A DNA stretch of 64,000 nucleotides from an uncultured Dehalococcoidales bacterium (GCA_964448395.1 CAYUWM010000002.1:4010-68009), one strand, 5' to 3'; shown: positions 27,992 through 38,266, counted from the stretch's first letter. A program made the numbers and translations. The notes: generated from the letters alone by a model not told the origin.

Positions 27992-29554
27992 GTGCGCGTC
28001 CTCCTCATGAGCACACCCTACCCGCTGGAAGAGAACCCCATCCCTCCCCTGTCCCTGGCCTACCTCGCCGCCGTGCTGCGGGAGGAGGGCTTCGAGGTGG
28101 AGATACTGGATCATCTGGTGTCCATGTATTCGCCATCGAAGCTGAGGCGCAAGCTCAGTGAATTCCAACCGCAGATGGTGGGCGCTACCTGCGTGACGTT
28201 GAACTACCCCATCGCCTCACGCATCATGAAGGTTTGCAAGGAGTTCGACCCCCAAATAGTAACCATGCTCGGCGGACCCCACGCCACCTTCGCCATCGAG
28301 GAGACCCTGCTCAAGGCCCACTGGGTCGACCTGCTGGTGATCGGCGAAGGCGAGCGTACGGTGACAGAGCTGGCGAGGACAATCGATAGCGGCGGCGACT
28401 TTCGCCGGGTGCCCGGCATCGCCTTCCGCGACGGCGACCGGGCGGTGAGGACCGAGCCCCGCCCCCTGATCGAAAACCTGGATGAGCTCCCCTTGCCCGC
28501 GCGCGAACTGTTGCCGCTGTCCAAATACCACGCCCTGAACACCCCCTGCACGGTTATCACCAGCAGGGGTTGTCCCTTCAAGTGCATCTTCTGCTCCGGG
28601 CCACGCGTCTTCGGCAGGCGTGTCCGCTTCCGCGACCCCAAGCTGGTGGTGGATGAGATCGAGCAGATCAACAGGGATTTTGGTTACAGAAGGATAAACA
28701 TCGTCGATGATACCTTCACCCTCAATCACCGCCACGCGCGGGCGGTGTGCGAAGGCTTAATCGAGCGCAATCTGGATATCGAGTGGAACGTCTTCGCCCG
28801 CGCCGATACGGTGGACGCAGAGCTGCTGAAGCTGATGAGAAAGGCCGGCTGCTCCTGGCTGCTCTACGGCGCGGAGTCGGGAAACCCGGACATCCTCAAG
28901 ACCATCAAGAAGGGAACCACCCCCGATATCATAAGAGAGGGTACCAGGCTTGCCGTCGAATCGGGCATAAACGTCTTCAACTCATTCATCTTCGGCCTGC
29001 CCGGCGAGACCCCTGAGACCGCCCGCCAGTCCGTTGATTTCGCACGAGAGCTCGACGAAAAATACGGGGCCAAATACGGTTTCCATATACTGTCCCCCCT
29101 GCCGGGAACCGAGCTGTATGACCATCCGGAAGAGTACGGGCTCCGCATCCTCTCCCGCGACTGGTCGAAGTACGATGCCAACCGGCCCATAACCGAGACC
29201 GCCGAGATGAGCCCGGAAAAGGTGCTGGAGATGGCCGCCGAATACGATCAGGCGATATCCTACGCCCTGGACGATATAGAGCGCCGGGCGGCAGAGGGCG
29301 ACCCCGAATGCAAAGAATTGATGCGGAACAAGCTGAGCACGGAGTTCGTGTGGCAGCTCCTGAAAGAAGATATCGTGGAGCGGCTGGGACGCATGAAGAA
29401 TGGCACCGACCCGGTAAGGCAGCTTGCACAGAAGGTATCCCGCAAGATGGACATCCCGCTGCAGTTTGCCGAGCAGGAGACGGGAAGACTGGTACAGGCG
29501 GGCCTGCTCCAGCATCGGCCGGCAGAAGGAGGCCTCATTTGGCAGTGGAGCTAA
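27992..29554 (+). CDS. B12-binding-domain radical SAM protein
   Basis: N-terminal cobalamin-binding domain, then the radical-SAM CxxxCxxC motif (SRGCPFKCIFCSG). GTG start. Confidence 0.8.
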   Translation: MRVLLMSTPYPLEENPIPPLSLAYLAAVLREEGFEVEILDHLVSMYSPSKLRRKLSEFQPQMVGATCVTLNYPIASRIMKVCKEFDPQIVTMLGGPHATFAIEETLLKAHWVDLLVIGEGERTVTELARTIDSGGDFRRVPGIAFRDGDRAVRTEPRPLIENLDELPLPARELLPLSKYHALNTPCTVITSRGCPFKCIFCSGPRVFGRRVRFRDPKLVVDEIEQINRDFGYRRINIVDDTFTLNHRHARAVCEGLIERNLDIEWNVFARADTVDAELLKLMRKAGCSWLLYGAESGNPDILKTIKKGTTPDIIREGTRLAVESGINVFNSFIFGLPGETPETARQSVDFARELDEKYGAKYGFHILSPLPGTELYDHPEEYGLRILSRDWSKYDANRPITETAEMSPEKVLEMAAEYDQAISYALDDIERRAAEGDPECKELMRNKLSTEFVWQLLKEDIVERLGRMKNGTDPVRQLAQKVSRKMDIPLQFAEQETGRLVQAGLLQHRPAEGGLIWQWS

Positions 29555-30564
29555 AAGACATCGAAACCGCGCTCGGCGGGGTGCTCCTGCCACAGCCCAA
29601 GCGCAGCATCGTCCAGCTAAACATGGTTCGAGATATCCAGATATCTGACGGAACCGTGAAGCTGAACCTGTCCCTGACCCCGCTGGCCGAGGCGGACAAG
29701 GAAAACCTCCAGCAGAGGGCGCGGGCCGCCGTCGAGGGTGTAAAAGGGGTGAAAAAGGTAGAAATCGATGTTGAGGACCTGCCGCCCCACGAGATGAACG
29801 AATTCGGCCGCGTGGTTGCGGTGATGAGCGGCAAGGGCGGCGTGGGCAAATCGCTGGTCACCGGCCTGCTCGCCGTAGCCCTCAGCCGGCAGGGACAGCA
29901 GGTAGGCATCCTGGATGCCGATATCACCGGCCCCAGCATACCCAAAATGTTCGGCCTCAACACCCGCCCGCTGGGCAGCGAGGGCGGAATCCTGCCAGTG
30001 GAGACCAAATCCGGCATCGAAGTGATGTCCCTCAACCTGCTGCTCACACACGAGGACGATGCCGTCATCTGGAGAGGGCCCTTGCTGGCTAAGGCGATCA
30101 CCCAGTTCTGGGAAGAGGTGCTGTGGGGCAAGCTCGACTGCCTGCTGGTTGACCTGCCACCCGGAACCGCAGATATACCGCTTACCGTGCTGCAATCGCT
30201 ACCCCTATCCGGCGTAGTTATCATATCGACGCCGCAGGACCTCGCCAGCATGGTGGTGCGCAAGGCGGTGAAGATGACCCACAAGCTGGATGTTCCCATC
30301 TTGGGGGTGGTGGAGAACATGAGCTACCTGGTATTACCCGACACGGGCAAGAAGCTCGAGCTTTTCGGCAAGAGCCAGGGCAAGGAGTTGTCCAAGTCGG
30401 CGGAGTCGCCACTGCTGGGGCTGATCCCCGTCGATCCTGAGCTGGCCAAGCTGTGCGACAGCGGCGATCTGGAGCGCTACAGCTCCGAGGCGTTCGACGG
30501 TCTGGCCAAGGCCTTCACCAAGGCGCTGAAGAAAGCTTCGCCCCCCCGCCGCCGCATGGAATAA
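29545..30564 (+). CDS. Mrp/NBP35 (ApbC) Fe-S cluster carrier ATPase with an N-terminal DUF59/MIP18 domain
   Basis: Walker A (SGKGGVGKS) and CxxC motifs. GTG start overlaps the radical SAM gene by 10 nt, with a GGAGG RBS. The longer ORF from 29308 is a frame artefact. Confidence 0.75.
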   Translation: MELKDIETALGGVLLPQPKRSIVQLNMVRDIQISDGTVKLNLSLTPLAEADKENLQQRARAAVEGVKGVKKVEIDVEDLPPHEMNEFGRVVAVMSGKGGVGKSLVTGLLAVALSRQGQQVGILDADITGPSIPKMFGLNTRPLGSEGGILPVETKSGIEVMSLNLLLTHEDDAVIWRGPLLAKAITQFWEEVLWGKLDCLLVDLPPGTADIPLTVLQSLPLSGVVIISTPQDLASMVVRKAVKMTHKLDVPILGVVENMSYLVLPDTGKKLELFGKSQGKELSKSAESPLLGLIPVDPELAKLCDSGDLERYSSEAFDGLAKAFTKALKKASPPRRRME

Positions 30565-30589
30565 AAGCCGCCCCCGGAAGGAGCCTGAA

Positions 30590-31423
30590 ATGCCCTTACG
30601 CATCACCACACTCAGCGAGAATACCGCCGGCATCCCCGGTGCTATCGCCGAATGGGGGCTGAGCGTGCTGGTAGATACCGGAGAGGCCAAGGTACTGTTC
30701 GATACCGGGGCCAGCAGCTCGGTGCCCCATAACGTCCGCCTTCTCGGTGTTGACCTATCCCAAATCGACAAGATAGCGTTGAGCCACGGCCACTACGACC
30801 ACACCGGCGGGCTCATGGGGGTGCTGCGCCAGGCGGGCAAGCCGATGGAGATTATCGCCCACCCCGACGTCTGGGCCAATAAGTATGCCAAGGCAGGCGA
30901 CTTCGAGCGCTATATCGGCATCCCGTTCAAGCGCGAGGAGCTGGAATCGATAGGCGCATCCTTCACCCTCAGCGAGGGGCCGGTGTGGATCACCGACGAT
31001 ATCGTCACCACCGGCGAGGTGCCGATGGTCACCGGATACGAGGAGATCGAGCCGATGATGCGGGTCAAGGAGGGCAACGAGTTCCTTCCCGACCCCTTCC
31101 GCGACGACCAGGCGCTGGTGGTTAAAACCGAGGTGGGTCTGGTGGTCGTACTCGGCTGCGCCCACAGGGGCGCTATCAACACCATAAAGCATGCGCAGAA
31201 AATAACCGGCGTCGAGCGGGTTCACACTGTCATCGGCGGCACCCATCTGGTGCAAGCCAGCGAGGAGAGGATAACGCTCACCGCGGCCGCACTTCAGGAG
31301 ATGGGGGTGCAGCGGGTGGGGGTATCGCACTGCACCGGTCTGAATTCATCCGTGCTCCTCGCCCAGCAGCTCGGCGAGACCTTCTTCTTCAACAACACCG
31401 GCACCAGCATAACCGTGCCTTAA
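30590..31423 (+). CDS. MBL-fold metallo-hydrolase
   Basis: HxHxDH motif (SHGHYDHTGG). Confidence 0.7.
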   Translation: MPLRITTLSENTAGIPGAIAEWGLSVLVDTGEAKVLFDTGASSSVPHNVRLLGVDLSQIDKIALSHGHYDHTGGLMGVLRQAGKPMEIIAHPDVWANKYAKAGDFERYIGIPFKREELESIGASFTLSEGPVWITDDIVTTGEVPMVTGYEEIEPMMRVKEGNEFLPDPFRDDQALVVKTEVGLVVVLGCAHRGAINTIKHAQKITGVERVHTVIGGTHLVQASEERITLTAAALQEMGVQRVGVSHCTGLNSSVLLAQQLGETFFFNNTGTSITVP

Positions 31424-31528
31424 CCTGTTAAATCGTTGGCTTACGCAACAACTCGAATATTCCCGAATCACAGCGTCTATTATGCATATCAACACTGGTG
31501 AATAGATGTCCTATAAAGTGAACCCGAA

Positions 31529-32530
31529 ATGAAGGCCCAGATCCTGAAGCAGATATCGCCGGTTGAGAACCATCCGCTGGAGCTGGTGGAACTGCCGACC
31601 CCCGTGCCGGGACCCAGAGAGATACTGGTGAAGGTCTCGGCTTGCGGGGTGTGCCACACCGAGCTGGACGAGATCGAGGGGAGGCTCCAGCCGAACCTGC
31701 CGGTCATCCCCGGGCACGAGATCGTGGGCCGGGTGGAGGGCATGGGGGAAGAAGCGACCAGATACAGCATCGGCGACAGGGTCGGTATCGCGTGGATATA
31801 CTCCGCCTGTGGCCAGTGCCGCTTCTGCCAGTCGGGGCGGGAGAACCTGTGCTACGACTTCAAGGGCACCGGCTGCCAGGCCGACGGCGGCTACGCCGAG
31901 TACACCGTCGTCTCGGAGGACTACGCCTACCCCATCCCCGACGTGTTTACCGATTCGCAGGCAGCACCCCTGCTGTGCGCCGGCGCCATCGGGTACCGCG
32001 ACCTGATCCTTTCGGGAATCCGGTCGGGACAGAGCCTGGGACTGTTCGGCTTCGGGGCATCGGCCCACATCGTGATTCAGGCGGCCATCCACTGGGACTG
32101 CCAGGTATTCGTGTTCACCAGGAGCGCGGAGCACCGCGAGCTGGCCCTGAAACTGGGAGCAGCGTGGGCCGGGCGCGCAGACGACGAACCGCCGCAGAAA
32201 CTCGACTGCGCCATCGACTTCACCCCGATGGGGGAGACGGTTCCCAACGCGTTGAGGACGCTGGAGAAGGGGGGACGGCTGGTGATGGCGGTGATCCGCA
32301 AGAGGACGCCCATTCCACCTATGGACTACGCGCAGTTGCTGTGGGACGAGAAGGAACTCAAGAGCGTGGCCAACATCACCCGCAGGGACGTCGAGGAGTT
32401 CCTGCCACTGGCCGCCGAGATACCGGTGATCCCCGAGGTGCAGGAGTTCAGGCTGGGGCAGGCGAACGAAGCCCTGAATCTGCTCAAGCTGGGCAAGATA
32501 CAGGGGGCCGCGGTGCTGCGTATGGATTGA
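31529..32530 (+). CDS. Zinc-dependent alcohol dehydrogenase family oxidoreductase
   Basis: GVCHTELDEIEG and structural-zinc CxxCxxC motifs. NAD-binding GFGASAH. Confidence 0.75.
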   Translation: MKAQILKQISPVENHPLELVELPTPVPGPREILVKVSACGVCHTELDEIEGRLQPNLPVIPGHEIVGRVEGMGEEATRYSIGDRVGIAWIYSACGQCRFCQSGRENLCYDFKGTGCQADGGYAEYTVVSEDYAYPIPDVFTDSQAAPLLCAGAIGYRDLILSGIRSGQSLGLFGFGASAHIVIQAAIHWDCQVFVFTRSAEHRELALKLGAAWAGRADDEPPQKLDCAIDFTPMGETVPNALRTLEKGGRLVMAVIRKRTPIPPMDYAQLLWDEKELKSVANITRRDVEEFLPLAAEIPVIPEVQEFRLGQANEALNLLKLGKIQGAAVLRMD

Positions 32531-32537
32531 GGCATAC

Positions 32538-33260
32538 TCAAAGCCCGTAAGCCCGACTAACAATTTCAATAGGGTGAGTTACCGCTAACCCTGTGCCCTG
32601 TCGAATCTGCATGTTGCACCCGGGGCACTCTGTAGCAACCAAATCAGCTGCTGACTCCGCGATTCCCTCAAACAGTGCCCGCCCTATTTCCATCGATTTG
32701 GTGTAATTTATCCGCTTGCTGCCGAAAGTGCCACCCATACCACAGCACCCCCTCTCGATTCGATCCACTGAGAGACTCGGTATCAACCGCATCAATTCGA
32801 GACGACGGTCAATTAGCTCCTCCCCCAGAGCCTTGAGATGGCAGGGGGCATGGTACACCACAGAGAGGTCAACCGGTTGAAAGTCGGTATTCAAAGCGTT
32901 GCTGGCCTTAAGTATCGCCAGGTATTCCATGATGTCATACGTCCGCAGGGAGACTTCCTCTGCTTCCTTACCTTCTAAATACCTCGGGTAATCATGCTTT
33001 ATCGCCAGGGCGCAGCTGGTGCAGGCGGTCACGATGTCGCAACCGGCCCCCGCCAGTGAGCGCACGTTGAACTCGGCATGTTTCAGAAAATCGTGGAGGT
33101 TGCCAACGGCCAGCTGGGGAATGCCGCAGCACTTCTCGCCGAGCAATACCGGCTCAAAACCGAGATTCCTCAAGACTTGGATCGTGCTCTTGCCGACATC
33201 GGGGTCAATGTAGTTCGCCGTACAGCCGACGAAGTATACAATCTTCTTATGCTTCTTCAT
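32538..33260 (-). CDS. CCG-domain Fe-S oxidoreductase (LutA/GlcF/HdrD-like)
   Basis: Two cysteine-rich CCG motifs (CCG...C, CxxC). Start is probably the MKKHKK ATG. Confidence 0.65.
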   Translation of the reverse strand: MKKHKKIVYFVGCTANYIDPDVGKSTIQVLRNLGFEPVLLGEKCCGIPQLAVGNLHDFLKHAEFNVRSLAGAGCDIVTACTSCALAIKHDYPRYLEGKEAEEVSLRTYDIMEYLAILKASNALNTDFQPVDLSVVYHAPCHLKALGEELIDRRLELMRLIPSLSVDRIERGCCGMGGTFGSKRINYTKSMEIGRALFEGIAESAADLVATECPGCNMQIRQGTGLAVTHPIEIVSRAYGL

Positions 33261-34569
33261 GTCCCTTATACGTTTTCTCTGCACTAGACCTAAACCATTT
33301 GGATAGAGTCGCACGTTGAAACCGCGGTAGCTGTCTTTCCCTGCTGATGCCCAGCGTCTTCTCCTCCAGCCAGCGCATCAGCCGGTTATGCGTTGCCACA
33401 TTGGCGAGCATGGGCACGGAGCTGCCCCACCTAGCCATCGTCTCGAAATTGGAAAGGAAGCTGTCGGCGATGGGGAGCCGGGTGCCGGCGCTGGCCTCGA
33501 TCCTGGCGTCGAGTATCATTTCGGGCAGATCGATATCTAGGGGGCAATCAGCCCGACAGCTCTTACACTGAAGGCAGAGGTCAAGGGACGGGTTCTTACC
33601 GGTGACGAAGAAGTAGATGTATTCCTTGGGGCTCCACGGGGCGCCGTCCTCGAAGAAAGGGAAGGCGGGACAGCTTTTTATGCATGCGCGACAGTCGATG
33701 CAAGTAATAAGCTCCGCATAGTAGCTGTTCAACAGCCGGCTCCTGCCATTATCGAATACAATGAGGTGGATTTTCCTTGCGGCTCGCTCGGTTGGGCCCT
33801 CGAATGGCAGGCTGTCGATGCTGGCTTCATGTCCGGCTCCGCCACGCAGGGACAGGGGCAGGGCCTCCCAGCCGAAGATCGCCATGCACATCGTCTGGAA
33901 GACGGCGGCATCCATGTCCTCGACGATCTTGTCCAGGCTGGCGACGAGAATGAGCTTGTCGGCCTGAGTGAAGACCTCGCTGATATTGTGCATGTGCTGG
34001 AGCAACACCACTGCCCCGTCCTTTGCCGATATGGCATTCACCCCCAGGAGCCCGGTGAAGCTCTTGCTGCCCTGCTTCCGCAAGCTCACCTCGCGGAGAG
34101 ATACGAGGTCTGTTGATCGGTCGAAGGAGCCGAGAACAGGGTCAGATTCCATCGCGGGAAGCTGCCACGGCTTATCGAACCTGTTCTCGAATGGCTGGAA
34201 TTGGTCATTGTATGTCTCGATGACATCGAGGCCGGATGCAATCATGGCCGGCATCAGTTCCCTGGTAACCACAGCCGATCTACTTATGGCTATCGGGGTG
34301 CCGTCGCTGATCGCTTTGATGGTCTGCACGGCCTGCGCGGCATCATCGGCAAGGGAGAATTCTACATCGGGGTGTGTGATCAGGCTGGCGCTCAGCTCTT
34401 CGCGGAGCGCGTCCAGGTGAGCCAGCGAGTGCTCACGAATCTCCTTAAGACGACTCTTAATATCCTCAACGCTGGGGTGGGGTGTCACGTGCTTGGGCTC
34501 CAGCAATGTTTTGGAGAAACGTCGTCTTTTACCGGTTGAATCGGGCTCCATTAACAGGATGGGCAGCAT
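33247..34569 (-). CDS. LutB-like Fe-S protein (LUD/DUF162 domain plus two 4Fe-4S ferredoxin motifs)
   Basis: Two CxxCxxCxxxCP clusters (CIDCRACIKSCP and CLQCKSCRADCP) next to a LUD-like region. Confidence 0.6.
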   Translation of the reverse strand: MLPILLMEPDSTGKRRRFSKTLLEPKHVTPHPSVEDIKSRLKEIREHSLAHLDALREELSASLITHPDVEFSLADDAAQAVQTIKAISDGTPIAISRSAVVTRELMPAMIASGLDVIETYNDQFQPFENRFDKPWQLPAMESDPVLGSFDRSTDLVSLREVSLRKQGSKSFTGLLGVNAISAKDGAVVLLQHMHNISEVFTQADKLILVASLDKIVEDMDAAVFQTMCMAIFGWEALPLSLRGGAGHEASIDSLPFEGPTERAARKIHLIVFDNGRSRLLNSYYAELITCIDCRACIKSCPAFPFFEDGAPWSPKEYIYFFVTGKNPSLDLCLQCKSCRADCPLDIDLPEMILDARIEASAGTRLPIADSFLSNFETMARWGSSVPMLANVATHNRLMRWLEEKTLGISRERQLPRFQRATLSKWFRSSAEKTYKGHEEA

Positions 34570-34607
34570 TCCTCACCCCAAAGGCTATATCTCAAGCTCA
34601 GGCTCTT

Positions 34608-36614
34608 CTACTTCTTTCGTTTTCTCGGTTTAGGGTTATTCGCTGGAGCGGCCGCCGCTTCTTTCTCCGCCTTATCCAGCGTATCGGCGACGTCCTTCAT
34701 CCCCAGCCGCTCCAGCTCCTGCCTAGTGGGCTGGCGGGTCCAGGGGTCAATGCCCATCAGCTCGAAGTACCGGTTCGTTACCTCGGGCACCTTCCCAATG
34801 TCAATTGTGGCGCCCTTAAAACGCCCGTCCGGCCGGGGCTGGAGTATCTTGAAGGGTATCTCCTCCTTCTCGCCGAAGGCACGCTCACACAGTTTGATAT
34901 ACGCAAACTCCAGCAGCCGCCTCCTCCTGTGGGCATCGACGAGCGTCCCGGTGGTGCACTTGGTGCCGGTGGCAGCGGTGATGGCCTTAGCTACCTCCTC
35001 GGGACCCCACCACATCATGCCATGCGCGACCCTGTCGGACAGCCAGTCGCAGTGCCCGCTGATATCGCACACCGAAATGGCGGTCTCGTTGACCACCGAG
35101 TAGTCGGCGTAGTGCGCCCAGTTATCCTCCTTCCATGAGTCCCGGTCGCCGGTGGTTTTCTCCGCAAAGTCGGAGGTGAAGTCAAAGACGTATTTCTGGG
35201 TCTCTTCATCGGATAGACCCAACTCGCGGTACAGAGGATAGATGGCGTATACATCGGCCGCCGGGGGGTGTATCCACACGTCCGAGGCCCCGGGTATCAT
35301 CCAGATGCCAGCGGTTGTTCCTATGGGTGCGAAGCCCGGATGTACATTCTGGTTCCTGAACTGAATCGCGTAGTTGATGGAACCCCTTCCTAATCTCTGG
35401 GCGGCGGGCACGATGCCGTCGGCCAGCATCTCGCCGAAGCCCTCTCTTTTAGCGGTCTTCTCGACGACAGCCCTGCAGGCCTCCTCGCTGCCCCATTCCA
35501 TGGGAATTCCATCAGTATCGGCGGCGGTGATGATTCCCCTCTCATACAGGTCCATCAGCCATGTAGTGATGCCGGTGGCGCACAGGGTCTCCATCCCGTA
35601 GCGCTGGCACAGCTGGTTGACCCTCCAGAAAACCTTGAGGTCCTTGTTCTTCACCGCGTACCGGAATCCAGTGTACCACATGCAGGTACCGCCGCCACCC
35701 AAGCCGTCCACATCGTAATTATCGTGGCACTGAACCGGGCAGAAGGCGCACCCGATACGCCCCACCATGTATTTATCGATGAAGTCGGTTATGTGCTCTT
35801 CTTTCTTCCGCGGGGGGACCACGAAGGAGTCGAAGTTGCCCCAGCACATCATATCCTGCTCCATGTAGAGGTCATAGTGAACGGATACCCCCTCCCGGTT
35901 CAATACCTTGACGGTATGGCGGCCCAGCCCCTCGGTGTAATATTCGTAGAACTGCTTCCACAGATCCATGAAAGCCTGGGGATCAGCTATCTTAAGCCCC
36001 TTGGTCCCGCGCACGGCCACCGCCTTCAGGTTCTTCGACCCCATGACGGCGCCGTGGCCTACCCTGGAGGCGGTATGCTCGATGTCATGCAGCACCATGG
36101 CGAATGCAACCTGGTTCTCCCCAGCGGGGCCGATACAGGCGATCTGGACGTCGGGGTCCTTGAGCTCCTGCTTGATCATCGTCTGCGTATCGGCCACGTC
36201 CTTGCCCCACAGGTGCCTGGCATCCCTGATCTCCACCTCGTCGTTGTTGATGAACAGGTACACCGGCTCCTCGGCCTTCCCGGTGATGACGATGTGGTCA
36301 TACCCGGCGAACTTCATCTCGGAGGGGAACTGGCCTCCCATTCCGGCATTGCCTATGGTCTTGTTGGTGTACAGCGGCGACTTGGCTATTACCACGCACT
36401 TGTTTCCCAGCAGTGTCCCGGTCAGGGGGCCGGTGCTAAAGATGAGCATGTTCTGCGGGTCGGTCCCGGTGACATCGGGGGGGACTCCGTCCCACAGTAT
36501 CCTGGTGCCGATGCTGAGGCCACCGATGTAATCCCGCACGTAGCTTGAAGTGGGCTCTCTTTCAACCTTTCGGTCGGTTAAATCCACCCTGAGTATCGTT
36601 CCTGCGTTGGACAT
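34608..36614 (-). CDS. Aldehyde:ferredoxin oxidoreductase (tungsten-type AOR family)
   Basis: N-terminal AOR_N domain (ILRVDLT...GGLS...PLTGT...GYDHIVI), 668 aa. C-terminal Lys-rich tail. Confidence 0.85.
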   Translation of the reverse strand: MSNAGTILRVDLTDRKVEREPTSSYVRDYIGGLSIGTRILWDGVPPDVTGTDPQNMLIFSTGPLTGTLLGNKCVVIAKSPLYTNKTIGNAGMGGQFPSEMKFAGYDHIVITGKAEEPVYLFINNDEVEIRDARHLWGKDVADTQTMIKQELKDPDVQIACIGPAGENQVAFAMVLHDIEHTASRVGHGAVMGSKNLKAVAVRGTKGLKIADPQAFMDLWKQFYEYYTEGLGRHTVKVLNREGVSVHYDLYMEQDMMCWGNFDSFVVPPRKKEEHITDFIDKYMVGRIGCAFCPVQCHDNYDVDGLGGGGTCMWYTGFRYAVKNKDLKVFWRVNQLCQRYGMETLCATGITTWLMDLYERGIITAADTDGIPMEWGSEEACRAVVEKTAKREGFGEMLADGIVPAAQRLGRGSINYAIQFRNQNVHPGFAPIGTTAGIWMIPGASDVWIHPPAADVYAIYPLYRELGLSDEETQKYVFDFTSDFAEKTTGDRDSWKEDNWAHYADYSVVNETAISVCDISGHCDWLSDRVAHGMMWWGPEEVAKAITAATGTKCTTGTLVDAHRRRRLLEFAYIKLCERAFGEKEEIPFKILQPRPDGRFKGATIDIGKVPEVTNRYFELMGIDPWTRQPTRQELERLGMKDVADTLDKAEKEAAAAPANNPKPRKRKK

Positions 36615-36615
36615 C

Positions 36616-37104
36616 TTACGCTACCTCCCTCTTGGCCATATCGAGGTACTTCCCCACCTTAGCGCGGGCCAGTGATATCCCCACCTTTTCACTTTGAAGA
36701 TACTTCAAAGCCTCGGTGTAGCAGTACTTGACGCACTGGGGCTCGTCGAGGCCGGCGCACAGGTCGCATTTCATGGCTACACCGCTCTCTGTATCTACTA
36801 CTATTGCGCCCACCGGGCAGGCTATCTCGCACAACCTGCAGCCGATACATTTCTGTTCGTCGACGATCTTTACGCCGGCGTCGTTTTCGCTTATAGCACC
36901 CGTGGGGCATACCGCCTTGCAGAAGGCCTCCTCGCACTGCAGGCAGGATACGCGGACGCTGTAACGGATCTGGTTCTCCACCGTAATCACCACCTTCCCC
37001 CTTGCCTTCACCGGGTTGAACTCCCCCTCTTTAACGAAGCTGCAAATAGCTTCACAGACCCTGCAACCGGTACACTTCGTCGGGTCCCACACGATCCTTT
37101 TCAT
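36616..37104 (-). CDS. Multi-cluster 4Fe-4S ferredoxin (AOR-associated electron-transfer subunit)
   Basis: Four CxxCxxCxxxCP-type motifs in 162 aa. Immediately upstream of AOR on the same strand. Confidence 0.8.
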   Translation of the reverse strand: MKRIVWDPTKCTGCRVCEAICSFVKEGEFNPVKARGKVVITVENQIRYSVRVSCLQCEEAFCKAVCPTGAISENDAGVKIVDEQKCIGCRLCEIACPVGAIVVDTESGVAMKCDLCAGLDEPQCVKYCYTEALKYLQSEKVGISLARAKVGKYLDMAKREVA

Positions 37105-37266
37105 GATTCTAATCTCCCTTTGAAAATAATCTTCCTCCTTGAAGTGAATTTATAATGCACCCATAAGCCTCACTAGTCAATTTCCTCTATCCTACTTAAA
37201 CCTCACTTTTCCTCTCAATTCTAGTAGAACAACGAGGGTTCCTACCTACACGGCCGCCCATGTTTG

Positions 37267-37295
37267 TTGACATTTTACTCGTGTTGAGCTATATA
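37267..37295 (+). promoter_or_regulatory. Sigma-70-like promoter, TTGACA-17 nt-TATATA
   Basis: Lies in an AT-rich divergent intergenic region, about 55 nt upstream of the 37352 ATG. Confidence 0.45.
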
Positions 37296-37351
37296 GAATG
37301 ATATAACCTTACAAAAGTTATCTAATCCTACACACTGTCGATAGAAAACTG

Positions 37352-37894
37352 ATGGACGAAAAGAAAGCTGGCATGCTAACGGTCAAGGAGGTGGCTGATC
37401 TGCTCCACGTACATATCAACACCGTGAGGAGGTGGTGCGATCAGGGTCTACTGAAAACGCAGCGCGTTGGGCCACGGGGGGATAGAAGGTTCCGGCCTGA
37501 GGATATCGATAGATTCCTCGCTTCGGGTGGGAAGGTTCGCCATCAGGATACGGTTCTCATCATTGAAGATAATCCTGAAATCCTAGAATTCTTGAAAGAT
37601 ATAGCCGAGAAACAGGGTTATGCGGTCAGTGCCTGTGCCACCAGTGACGAGGCCCTGCACGAAATCGAAAAGAAACATTTCGGCCTCATCCTCTTTGATT
37701 TAGCCCTACCCAAGCAAAGCGGTCTGGAAGTACTTAGGGCTGCAAGAACCAGGGAACAGAAAGTGGCGGTTGCTGTCATCGCCGGGTATCTCGGTGACTT
37801 TGCCGATCTGGGCCCTCTGTTCTTTGTACGGGATCCCTTCGACACCGACAGCATCGTCGAGGTTCTCAATGAGACACTGGGTACAGGGCAATAA
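37352..37894 (+). CDS. Regulator with an N-terminal MerR/excisionase-type HTH and a C-terminal receiver-like domain
   Basis: HTH region is LTVKEVADLLHVHINTVRRW. REC-like region is VLIIEDNPEILEFL...ILFDLALP. Confidence 0.6.
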   Translation: MDEKKAGMLTVKEVADLLHVHINTVRRWCDQGLLKTQRVGPRGDRRFRPEDIDRFLASGGKVRHQDTVLIIEDNPEILEFLKDIAEKQGYAVSACATSDEALHEIEKKHFGLILFDLALPKQSGLEVLRAARTREQKVAVAVIAGYLGDFADLGPLFFVRDPFDTDSIVEVLNETLGTGQ

Positions 37895-37984
37895 TCCTTC
37901 GGCCTATTTGCCTTTATCGACTTGCCGTAGTATAATTCTGCCCGTTGCACTGATGTAGTATAATAAGGACTCAGGGGGTGAGTA

Positions 37985-38266
37985 ATGACCCTTGCGGAAC
38001 TACGCGATCTATTCATTATCATATTTGCAGTAGCAGGCATCGGGGCTGCCGTCTTCGTCTCCCTGATGACCTTCGCGCTCTACCGCAAGCTGCGCGACAT
38101 CCTCGACTCGGGAAGGGCTATCACCGGCGATATCCACAACATAACATCTTCGGTATCCCAGGACCTGGTGAAGCCGCTGGCCAGCATCTCCGGCATAGTG
38201 CAGGGGGTTGCCAAGGTATTGGAATTCCTGTTCGAGAGGAAAAAGGAGGATAAAGATGGCAGATAA
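37985..38266 (+). CDS. Small membrane protein (hypothetical)
   Basis: One TM helix near the N-terminus. Confidence 0.4.
   Translation: MTLAELRDLFIIIFAVAGIGAAVFVSLMTFALYRKLRDILDSGRAITGDIHNITSSVSQDLVKPLASISGIVQGVAKVLEFLFERKKEDKDGR

Noticed and set aside
29308-29544. 5' extension of about 80 codons on the Mrp/ApbC ORF
   Set aside because: It overlaps the end of the radical SAM gene in another frame and is Arg/Pro-rich. The GTG at 29545 with an upstream GGAGG gives the expected DUF59 N-terminus.
37916-37962. Two direct copies of GTAGTATAAT upstream of the small membrane-protein gene
   Set aside because: They could be -10 elements, but no convincing -35 or extended -10 accompanies either. Left as an unresolved minor observation.
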